Source: a virus
Lineage: Duplodnaviria; Caudoviricetes
Length of the DNA stretch: 25,636 nt
Virus record (IMG/VR): IMGVR_UViG_3300012347_000041
Coordinates: 1-25,636 of that record
Strand: one strand, 5' to 3'
Part shown: positions 16,742 to 24,096 of the stretch, in pieces
How positions within the stretch are numbered: position 1 is the first letter of the stretch
How the letters are laid out: each line of letters begins with the position of its first letter
Notes under the pieces: model-generated
What the model was told of the DNA's origin: nothing
Database searches by the model: none
The model's input: the letters and a program-made list of their open reading frames with translations, nothing else
Made by a program: the position numbers and the translations under genes

Positions 16742-16993
16742 ATGAGATACCAAATTGTTGCTTTAGACCAAAACGGCTGGGGTGGTTTTAACCTCGACAT
16801 CCCAAGCGTAGCAGAGTGCATTCAGGCAATGGCTGCACAAGGCTACAGATGTCGTAGGCTTGAAGATCGTGACTACTTGCGTAGCGAGTTGATCGGTCAG
16901 CCAGTCTTTGAGGGCTTAGTCGGTCCAATGTATAACGGTGAGGGCTGCATCCGTTACGAAAACCAAGCAGCCTATGACGCAATGAGCAACTAA
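16742..16993 (+). CDS. Hypothetical protein
   Basis: 83 aa, CACGAAAGGA-N7-ATG; no K, H or T. Confidence 0.75.
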   Translation: MRYQIVALDQNGWGGFNLDIPSVAECIQAMAAQGYRCRRLEDRDYLRSELIGQPVFEGLVGPMYNGEGCIRYENQAAYDAMSN

Positions 16994-17008
16994 CGAAAGG
17001 AACTCAAA

Positions 17009-17218
17009 ATGGAATACGCAATCGGAACCCTGTTTAAGACTCGTGCCAAAGCTCCAAGGCTTTGCGAAGTAGTCGACATTTATAAGACTTACAACTCTGC
17101 TGGTGAGCTGGTTAAAACCCGTTACGTTGCGACTCATGATTTTATGGGTCAAAAAGTGACTGACTACGATGTCGTAGCCACCACTATTGCAATGGGTCTT
17201 ATCCCAGCAGCATCTTGA
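17009..17218 (+). CDS. Hypothetical protein
   Basis: 69 aa, ACGAAAGGA-N7-ATG; overlaps the portal 3' end convergently by 20 nt. Confidence 0.7.
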   Translation: MEYAIGTLFKTRAKAPRLCEVVDIYKTYNSAGELVKTRYVATHDFMGQKVTDYDVVATTIAMGLIPAAS

Positions 17219-19904
17219 GCTTCTTGTCACCGTCTTGTATCCTGCCTTCAGCGACTACCTTCTTAGCAAACGAAATCATCCGTTCACGCAAAGCAGCTCT
17301 GTCGGTGTAGGTAGGAACTTGGTTGATCTTGCCTTCAGTCAAGTAAGGAGGATCACCAGTGTTATTGTTTACAACGGTGAACTTCACTCTAGGATTGTCT
17401 TTGTAGTGCTCAGCCAGCTTCTTGATGTTTTCGGAAGCTTTGATATGAGCGTCAAGCTGAGTATCCAATCGAACGGTACGGCTGCGCTTCATGTTGAGCA
17501 TGACAGCTAGATCAAGGGTCGCATTGGTGTAAACGATGTCTACGTCACCCTTAGTAATGTCAAGGGTTTGATTGATCTTGTCAGTAGCGGATTTGAAATT
17601 GCCTAGCACTGAGTCAAAGGTCAATGCGTCATCTTTCAGACCGAGCAGTTTACGAGCCATCTTTTCAGACTCAGATTTGCCTGATCCGCTGCCACCAGCA
17701 GTAAACATGGTCGCAGAATTGTCACCCGCTGCTGCCTTCTTCTCTAGGGCATTCTTCCAAATTACTTTTGAGAGGTATGAGCTAGGCTCGTGTACGGCTG
17801 CAGCCAATGATGAGTCTTTGGCAAAACGTGGGTCCAGCTTCTTAACTGAGTCAGGGTCAATGATATTGCCATTGGTTTCCTGATACTTTTCGATCAAAGC
17901 CTTTTCGTTATTGCGGATCGCTGCGTAAAATGTTCCCTCAATTCTTCGCTCTTTGGGAGTAAGGTTTGGGGATCGCTCAAATCCATGCTTGTCGATGTAT
18001 CCACCGTTAGAAAGCTTTTGGACTTTTTGTGTCCCTTGCTTTGGCTGCTCTTTTCCCTGCTCAAGCGGAAGATTTTGCTGAGCAGACTCAGGAGACTTTT
18101 TTTCTGCCTTGGCTGGCTCACTCGCTACTTCTTTTTTTTTAGACTCTGATTTAGACTTAGGAGCTGCACCAGCCCCGCCCGAACCAAATTGACCGTTCTT
18201 GGCTCGTGGGTGATCTTCTTCTTTGAACTTAGAATCGTCTTGGGCAACGCAGTTAGGAACTTGTTTCCCATCCTTGTCCTTCATGCCGATTTGCTCGTAA
18301 CCTTCCCAGCAAGGGTCTTTATCTTGTGAAACGGAAAACTTTTCGCCAAGGGCTTCGCCTCCGACTTCAGGATCTGAATAGCTTTGATCTTCAACGCTCT
18401 TGAAATCTTCGTCAGCCAATTCTTCGGCTTCAGGACGATCATCTTCCATAATGCCGATTTCGTTGTATCCGCTAGTCTTGTCAGTTGCCACACGTTGACG
18501 CTCATCTTCGCTCGAGATAGCACCTGAAGTAATAAGCACTTGACCCGCTTGAGCTTTTGCCAAGTTGGTAGCAGCCAATTCTGCTGCAGTAGGTGTATCG
18601 AGTGGGAGCCAGTTCAAAGTGGTCTCAACTTCCATCTTGATCTTGAGCTGTGGCTCAACGTAAGACTTGATTACCAGCGCATGATGACGCTCAGCCAATG
18701 GGGTGAGGTCATGGGTTTGGATTGACTCAAGCAGCTCGTGATAGCTGGCTTCTTCGTACTCTCCAGTGGAATTGAATCCTTTTGGAGTTGTACCGATCAA
18801 TTTGGTTGCTGGAACTCCAGCGATAGCTGCCACCAGTTGATACTGGGTCATGATAAGGGAGTCAAAGTCAGCAAGCGAAGTATCGAATTGAGAGAACTCA
18901 TCGCCTTCCTTATCGCCTAGCTTGACACCGTAGTTATCACGATAGGCAGCCCATTGCTGCAAGCGACCAATAGCTGCATTGGTGTCACCCATTACGGCTT
19001 CCATGTCAGTAAGCCATACGGTTGTACGCTTGGACATTGCCAACTGGGGAGCTTCATTGGAAACACGTTCCGCAGCGTATACACGCTCCATTAACTGTTG
19101 AGTCAAAGGCACACCGCCATAAATGTATTGAGGTTTCAATACATCGACAGGATCGGCATGACGGAAAATGATGAGGTGCGAACGGTGAACCTTCTTACCG
19201 TTGATGAGCCACCAAGTAGGCTCATAGAAATGTAAGGTATCAGGCTGGCTAGAGCTGGCATTGTCCAGCATTGGAGCAGTCCAGTACGGGTCGACTTGTA
19301 CGATTCCCTTGTAGCTGCCAGCAGTAATGCCATCGATATTGAATGGCTTCTCGTAATACTGAGGATCGGTAGATTGCACTTTAAACATGGCAATACGAAT
19401 ACCGAAGATACGTCCCTTGCGGATAAACTCACGCATATTCCAATTTAGTCGGAAGGAACGATCATAAGAATTAATGATCTTGACGGCTTCAGGGTCCAGC
19501 TCATCGCCATCCACTGAGACCACGTTGTAGCCTTTACGGATTGCATCATCCCCCGGCATCGCACAAGCTTTATTAATCAGCCAGTTTTGAGCCAAGATAC
19601 CGCAGAGTTGAGCCCCAATGAATCCTTGGGAGGCATACCAATAAACCACTGCATCGGAAACGCTATTGCTTCCCGCTGCGTACATTTTGAATCCAGCCAC
19701 TCCATTGCTAGAGTCATCCATAGCGAACTCGCCAGTAAATACTGGCTGCTGCTTTTGAAGTGCTGCGAAAGTGTCAGCTACTTTAAATCTTTTAGCGTCA
19801 GGATCAAACATATCAAAGGCATGAGTGCTGAATAAGCTTTTCTTAGCCTTCGGCTGAATTGGTTCTTGTTGAACCTCGGTCTTCCCTCTTAGCCACTTAA
19901 ACAT
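17199..19904 (-). CDS. Portal protein (DUF1073-like) fused to a C-terminal extension ending in a Zeta-toxin-like P-loop domain
   Basis: Follows TerL. Portal motifs P.DDAIRKG, GR.FG, YEP..W.ING..VH.S.L, VAA.AG.P.TKL.G.TP.GFNSTGE and L.W.PL run to about aa 480. An acidic linker, DPCWEGYEQIG...VPNCV, HPRAKNGQFG and MFTAGGSGSGKS follow. Confidence 0.85.
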   Translation of the reverse strand: MFKWLRGKTEVQQEPIQPKAKKSLFSTHAFDMFDPDAKRFKVADTFAALQKQQPVFTGEFAMDDSSNGVAGFKMYAAGSNSVSDAVVYWYASQGFIGAQLCGILAQNWLINKACAMPGDDAIRKGYNVVSVDGDELDPEAVKIINSYDRSFRLNWNMREFIRKGRIFGIRIAMFKVQSTDPQYYEKPFNIDGITAGSYKGIVQVDPYWTAPMLDNASSSQPDTLHFYEPTWWLINGKKVHRSHLIIFRHADPVDVLKPQYIYGGVPLTQQLMERVYAAERVSNEAPQLAMSKRTTVWLTDMEAVMGDTNAAIGRLQQWAAYRDNYGVKLGDKEGDEFSQFDTSLADFDSLIMTQYQLVAAIAGVPATKLIGTTPKGFNSTGEYEEASYHELLESIQTHDLTPLAERHHALVIKSYVEPQLKIKMEVETTLNWLPLDTPTAAELAATNLAKAQAGQVLITSGAISSEDERQRVATDKTSGYNEIGIMEDDRPEAEELADEDFKSVEDQSYSDPEVGGEALGEKFSVSQDKDPCWEGYEQIGMKDKDGKQVPNCVAQDDSKFKEEDHPRAKNGQFGSGGAGAAPKSKSESKKKEVASEPAKAEKKSPESAQQNLPLEQGKEQPKQGTQKVQKLSNGGYIDKHGFERSPNLTPKERRIEGTFYAAIRNNEKALIEKYQETNGNIIDPDSVKKLDPRFAKDSSLAAAVHEPSSYLSKVIWKNALEKKAAAGDNSATMFTAGGSGSGKSESEKMARKLLGLKDDALTFDSVLGNFKSATDKINQTLDITKGDVDIVYTNATLDLAVMLNMKRSRTVRLDTQLDAHIKASENIKKLAEHYKDNPRVKFTVVNNNTGDPPYLTEGKINQVPTYTDRAALRERMISFAKKVVAEGRIQDGDKKLKMLLG

Positions 19905-19910
19905 AAAATC

Positions 19911-21362
19911 CTATCCAAAGAAACTTCTGCGAGCTACCATTATTTCAGAAAAAGCTCTTGAAAGCGAATCCACTTGGTCATCATGAGTACCATTGGGGAA
20001 TATACGCATTTCATTGATTAGAGCTGAATTCCAATCACCTCGCAGCATTGATACGTTGCCAATATTAACTTGAGCAGCAAAAGGCTCTGCTCGAGTTATC
20101 TTATCGCCTGACTCGGGAGAGCTGGTGACAGTATATCCTGCCAATGCTCTTGTGAGGTAAAGCACTTGTGTTTTACCTGCTTGTCCCGGGTCCTGCGGAA
20201 TGCTTATTTTGACTTTTCGAGTGTCGAGTGCAGCCGTATTAACCATTGCTGCGTCACGCTGATCGGGACCCACACGCAGTCGAACCATATCCGCAATAAC
20301 AAACCTGCCGTCTGATAACCGTCCAAGTTTGCCTCCTGCCGTATAGTCACCGTCTACAGTGCTGGCTAAGTCCCAGCCCCTACACCACTTAATCTCCCCC
20401 GCAGGGAGAGCGTCAATAATTTGTATCTGATCGGGTTTGAATAAGTCACCGTCCAAAGGTGCGGGTCGCTGCTGATACAGTGCCGACCACGTTCTCGGGT
20501 TTTGCTCAAATTGAGCCCAGTGCTTCTCGTCAAACCATTCAGTCCAAAGGTATTCCCCGATCTTTCGACCTAGCGGATCACCTTCGTTTTCGCATTTTGC
20601 TGGCAAACAAACCACTTCCCAGTGGTTTCCGTCTTTGCATAGAATCTTTCCTGATTCACCTTTCCAGCCATCGGGGAGTATTCGACCTGCCAAATCGTCT
20701 TCATGCCACCGAGTCTGAATCAATACGATCCAGCCACCCGGGATAAGACGAGTCTTGAGGTCATCCTCGAAAGCGTCATAAGTCTTGTTTCGGATTGTGT
20801 CCGAATTTGCCTGTTCACGTCCCTTGATCGGGTCATCAATGATGATCCCATGAGCTCTATTGCCCGTAACACCGCCCAAGATACCGCAAGCCATGTATTC
20901 GCTGCCATTCGTTAGGCTGAACTCCTGCGCTGCAGACGAGTCCACCGTTAGGCTGGCATTCCATATCCCCTTGTAACGGGGTTGCTTGATGATAGAGCGA
21001 GTACGTCTACCAAGCTTTCGGGCTAGATCATCGCCATAGCTGGCTAGGATCACCTTACGGTTTGGCTGAGCCCCAAGGTACTTACTGGGGAAAACTACTG
21101 AGGCATAAGTCGATTTGGCACTGCCCGGGGGCATAAACACCATCATTCGACCATGCGGAGTATTTGCTACCTCATCGAGCTTAGTCAAAAGCAGTCGATG
21201 ATGATGAGCCATCGTGGTTTCGATTGGCTCAAAGAATTCGGTGTCAGGGTCATCCGTTGACGGTTTACCCGGTACATCAATCGCATTGGCATACTGCAGA
21301 ATGTCTGCACGAGCCCTGCGCCTGATTAGGACTTCCTTAGCTGCTTCGGCTTGCAATGGCAA
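19911..21362 (-). CDS. terL: Terminase large subunit
   Basis: Walker A MPPGSAKST, Walker B IIIDDPIKG, QTRWHEDDLAG, LYQQRP, and nuclease motifs GWDLA, GDYTAG and FPNGTHDDQVD. Confidence 0.93.
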   Translation of the reverse strand: MPLQAEAAKEVLIRRRARADILQYANAIDVPGKPSTDDPDTEFFEPIETTMAHHHRLLLTKLDEVANTPHGRMMVFMPPGSAKSTYASVVFPSKYLGAQPNRKVILASYGDDLARKLGRRTRSIIKQPRYKGIWNASLTVDSSAAQEFSLTNGSEYMACGILGGVTGNRAHGIIIDDPIKGREQANSDTIRNKTYDAFEDDLKTRLIPGGWIVLIQTRWHEDDLAGRILPDGWKGESGKILCKDGNHWEVVCLPAKCENEGDPLGRKIGEYLWTEWFDEKHWAQFEQNPRTWSALYQQRPAPLDGDLFKPDQIQIIDALPAGEIKWCRGWDLASTVDGDYTAGGKLGRLSDGRFVIADMVRLRVGPDQRDAAMVNTAALDTRKVKISIPQDPGQAGKTQVLYLTRALAGYTVTSSPESGDKITRAEPFAAQVNIGNVSMLRGDWNSALINEMRIFPNGTHDDQVDSLSRAFSEIMVARRSFFG

Positions 21363-21888
21363 GGAGAGCCTCGTCTGTCATATCCCGTAGATCTGATCCA
21401 TCAGGAATTGTAAGTTTTGCAGCTTGCTCCTTGTTTGCATTAAGCAATCCCAAAGGAACCTTGCTGGCTTCATTGGCTAGGTCTTGTAATGCGCCCACCA
21501 TTTTTAGGGTAACGAGCCCATCGCCAGTCGTGAGTGATTCGTCCGTAATCGTATTGAGCTGAGCATTAGCCATACCTGATAAACGATTAGCGTTGATCGC
21601 CCCGAACTTACCCGCACTAGCAAGATTAAGACTGATCGCTTTTAGATCATCTACGAAATTTAGTACGGTAACTTGTTCGGAAACTGGGAGAGCCTTTAAA
21701 TTCTGCTCTGCGCTAACTAATTGATTTGAAACGGCTTTCATGGTTTCCACACGCTTTGAAAGTCGTTCGCTTATCGAAGTCTTACTTACCCCGTATTCAC
21801 GAGATAGATCTGCAGCCTTCTCGCCCTTGAGCATTCGGCTTTTGATTTCTTCCCACTGCTTATCAGTGAGCTTTGAAGGACGTGCCAT
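21337..21888 (-). CDS. terS: Terminase small subunit (N-terminal HTH)
   Basis: MARPSKLT..QWEEI..R...GE...DLSREYGVS HTH and an L..MTDE.L tail. Overlaps the terL start; GAGGAG RBS. Confidence 0.75.
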   Translation of the reverse strand: MARPSKLTDKQWEEIKSRMLKGEKAADLSREYGVSKTSISERLSKRVETMKAVSNQLVSAEQNLKALPVSEQVTVLNFVDDLKAISLNLASAGKFGAINANRLSGMANAQLNTITDESLTTGDGLVTLKMVGALQDLANEASKVPLGLLNANKEQAAKLTIPDGSDLRDMTDEALLAIASRSS

Positions 21889-21917
21889 TAAGCGACTTCT
21901 CCTCTCAGCGTATCCAA

Positions 21918-21976
21918 AATATACGATTTATTGCCCAAAATGTATCTTCCTTTTTTGTATCCCTCGCTGGGATACA
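21918..21976 (-). promoter_or_regulatory. Candidate late promoter with GATAC repeats
   Basis: GATACA (21946-21941)-N17-TATATT (21923-21918), and the perfect inverted repeat TGTATCCC-N5-GGGATACA at 21956-21976. Confidence 0.45.
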
Positions 21977-21984
21977 GTTTACCC

Positions 21985-22404
21985 TCAATCTACTGCAACG
22001 TCCTCGGTTTTGTAAAGTTTTGAGTGCAGCATTGTCAAGTTCTTGGCTTGATTCCATGACTTCCTTGCAACGGAGTCAGCCTTCTTGTAGAAGTTTGCCC
22101 GATTAATGCCAATCTCGCTGGCTATGACCTTGATCGGAACTTTTTTGCCGTTACGGTATGCCGAACAAATATAAACAGCGTAGAAGGCGATTTGCTCTGT
22201 CTTGTCCAAGCTGTCGATAATCATGGTCAAGGCTGGAAAATATGGATTGAGGGGGTAATCTACCCCTCGCTGCGTAGCACCTTCATTCAGGATATTGTAA
22301 AAAGCTGGGGGGAGTCGGGGACCGTCATACCTATGCGCTTTGGCATACTGCCAAAAATTTACGCATATCTCCTCAAATTCAGGATCGGTAAACCGTCTGC
22401 TCAT
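21985..22404 (-). CDS. Putative late-gene regulator (Q/activator position, C-terminal HTH)
   Basis: IKVIASEIGINRANFYKK is a sigma-region-4-like HTH. This is the last gene before terS. Confidence 0.55.
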   Translation of the reverse strand: MSRRFTDPEFEEICVNFWQYAKAHRYDGPRLPPAFYNILNEGATQRGVDYPLNPYFPALTMIIDSLDKTEQIAFYAVYICSAYRNGKKVPIKVIASEIGINRANFYKKADSVARKSWNQAKNLTMLHSKLYKTEDVAVD

Positions 22405-22494
22405 TCTTTCCCTTTTAAGGTCCCGGTTACATTTATCCGGGGTGCGAAAAAGGAATTAACGCACTGATTTGCGTCAATCTTAATCGATCAATCG

Positions 22495-22770
22495 TCATGA
22501 GGCAATTCTTCCAGTGGCGATTTCCAGCAAATCGTATTCGGTGACTTGGTAGTGCTTCTCAAACGCTTTGCGTCCAAGTCCATGAATACCGGTATTGCCA
22601 CGATGATGTTCGGGGCAGAGCGGGATGACTGGAGCATCACTGCGCTTTCCCGCCCTACGGATGTGGTGAATTTCAGCAGGGCTTCCTTCTCCGTATCCGA
22701 GGTGAATACAAAGGATGCACCCGAGATCTGCAAGTCTTCCAAAATGTTCCTTTTCGGCTTTAGTCGCCAT
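22495..22770 (-). CDS. Ref-like (recombination enhancement) HNH nuclease
   Basis: TKAEKEH...LA.LGCI.C, PAEIHH and IPLCPEHHRG..GIH, a Zn/HNH pattern in a nin-like region. Confidence 0.75.
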   Translation of the reverse strand: MATKAEKEHFGRLADLGCILCIHLGYGEGSPAEIHHIRRAGKRSDAPVIPLCPEHHRGNTGIHGLGRKAFEKHYQVTEYDLLEIATGRIAS

Positions 22771-22936
22771 ATTTGTACCCGTAAGCCAACATACAAAATT
22801 CTTTTTCTAAGCTGCTGCCTGTTTGCCAAAAAATATCGACAGGGCAGTTATCCCTTGCGACCACGAATGTTTTTCCAGCCCAAAGCAGCAAAGCAACGCA
22901 AAGAATCAGTTTAGCAAGGTTGAGAATATCTTTCAT
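22760..22936 (-). CDS. Hypothetical 58-aa membrane-anchored protein (not in the ORF track)
   Basis: GGAGGA RBS and ATGA overlap. Translation MKDILNLAKLILCVALLLWAGKTFVVARDNCPVDIFWQTGSSLEKEFCMLAYGYKYGD*. It fills the gap between its neighbours. Confidence 0.6.
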   Translation of the reverse strand: MKDILNLAKLILCVALLLWAGKTFVVARDNCPVDIFWQTGSSLEKEFCMLAYGYKYGD

Positions 22937-23295
22937 TCAATATCCTCCAGCAAAAATTTAGCCGTTTGATAGCAAGTCCAAGATTCTTCTCCGTAGTTGT
23001 ATTCTCGGCAAGGACATCCTACAAATTCTTCTTTTCCCAAATTACATGGTTCAGTTTTTTCAACTTCAATTAAAAGTCCTGCTTTTACGGCTAAATCCTG
23101 CAACTCTCCACCGTCCCAATTACCTACGCAATCATCGCCATGAGCCACTATTGGCTTTACAAACTGTTTTAGTTTTTGGTTTTCTATTTGTAGTTGTAGC
23201 AGCATAGTTGCTGCTTCTAATAATGTGTTTGGTGGGGTCCAATATTTTTCTTTTGCATATTCTTTTAATATTTCAGCCAGTTCACTTGGATTCAT
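22933..23295 (-). CDS. Hypothetical protein
   Basis: Start moved to ATG 23295 (MNPSELAEILKEY..., ATGA overlap, GAAAGG RBS). C-terminal Cys cluster PC...CPC...C. Confidence 0.65.
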   Translation of the reverse strand: MNPSELAEILKEYAKEKYWTPPNTLLEAATMLLQLQIENQKLKQFVKPIVAHGDDCVGNWDGGELQDLAVKAGLLIEVEKTEPCNLGKEEFVGCPCREYNYGEESWTCYQTAKFLLEDIE

Positions 23296-23459
23296 TTGTC
23301 TTGATCCTTTCCCAAATCGCAACCAAAATCTTCATTTATTTTTGTGCTTTTAAAATTTACAGTTTCCTGTATATGGGGTGGTAAATTTATGACACACCAT
23401 CCGTAGTCCCAAGGCTCTCTTGGCACTCTGTCAAAAAATTTGCAGTTTTTACATTTCAT
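23292..23459 (-). CDS. Small Cys-motif protein (CxxC...C...C)
   Basis: Start moved to ATG 23459 (MKCKNCKFF..., ATGA overlap); 55 aa. Confidence 0.6.
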   Translation of the reverse strand: MKCKNCKFFDRVPREPWDYGWCVINLPPHIQETVNFKSTKINEDFGCDLGKDQDK

Positions 23460-23938
23460 TTGTCTTGAGCCTTTCTTAGCAGCCAATTTACCAGTGCAAT
23501 CAAAGCAAATTTTCCATGCCTATTGCCTACCATTTCGCAAGCAAGATCGTAAGTGTTAAAAAAACCAGTATTTATTGGGTGGGCTCTTTGTATTTCTTTT
23601 GACCACTCATCTTCTCTATCTTCCCAATCTAACTTTTTTGAGCTTTCGTAATATTGACGATTTTCCCAGCCATGCCAAGCACAACATATATCAGGTATTT
23701 GGTCATAAACAGTATGTCCCGAATCACTAATGCTTTCGTCAAGCCAACGGTTAAATGCCTCATCAGAAAATCGCAGTCTATCTGCTTCTCGATCTTTTAC
23801 TGGTTTGGTATAGACATCCACCATTTTTCGATCAGGGCAACATGAGATCAGCTTAGGGTTAAATCGTTTTTCACGATCAAGCCTTTCATCATCCCAACTA
23901 GACCCGCAGCCAATACAAATCTTTCCTATTGCCTTCAT
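23456..23938 (-). CDS. Hypothetical protein
   Basis: 160 aa, GGAGG RBS, ATGA overlap; N-terminal CxxC...CC; ends in LRKAQDK. Confidence 0.65.
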   Translation of the reverse strand: MKAIGKICIGCGSSWDDERLDREKRFNPKLISCCPDRKMVDVYTKPVKDREADRLRFSDEAFNRWLDESISDSGHTVYDQIPDICCAWHGWENRQYYESSKKLDWEDREDEWSKEIQRAHPINTGFFNTYDLACEMVGNRHGKFALIALVNWLLRKAQDK

Positions 23939-24096
23939 ATCAGTGCCTCCTCAAATTTAGATAAATCCAACTTTGGTTTAGGCTTGCGAACGCATTTAAA
24001 GGTCCAGCCTTCACGCAACGAGCAAACGGCAATAGCTTCTTCTTGTCTGCCAACAATCCGCATAACCTCGTTGTCTTCATTTTTGATAATGTACAT
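23935..24096 (-). CDS. Hypothetical protein
   Basis: Start moved to ATG 24096 (MYIIKNEDNEV...), behind CACGAAAGGA-N6. Confidence 0.6.
   Translation of the reverse strand: MYIIKNEDNEVMRIVGRQEEAIAVCSLREGWTFKCVRKPKPKLDLSKFEEALI

Noticed and set aside
15570-16993. Genetic-code reassignment or MazF (ACA) site avoidance as the cause of K/T/H loss
   Set aside because: The rest of the window reads normally in the standard code, and ACA triplets are present in these mRNAs.
18460-19904. Calling the portal an anti-CBASS Acb1 protein, a label sometimes attached to DUF1073 portals
   Set aside because: No 2H-phosphoesterase HxT/HxS pair is recognisable as a separate domain, and the extension here is P-loop type.
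22405-22494. Two weak hairpins and a TTGACG upstream of the late regulator
   Set aside because: The stems are only 5-6 bp and there is no matching -10 at a usable spacing, which is too weak to call a promoter, terminator or ncRNA.
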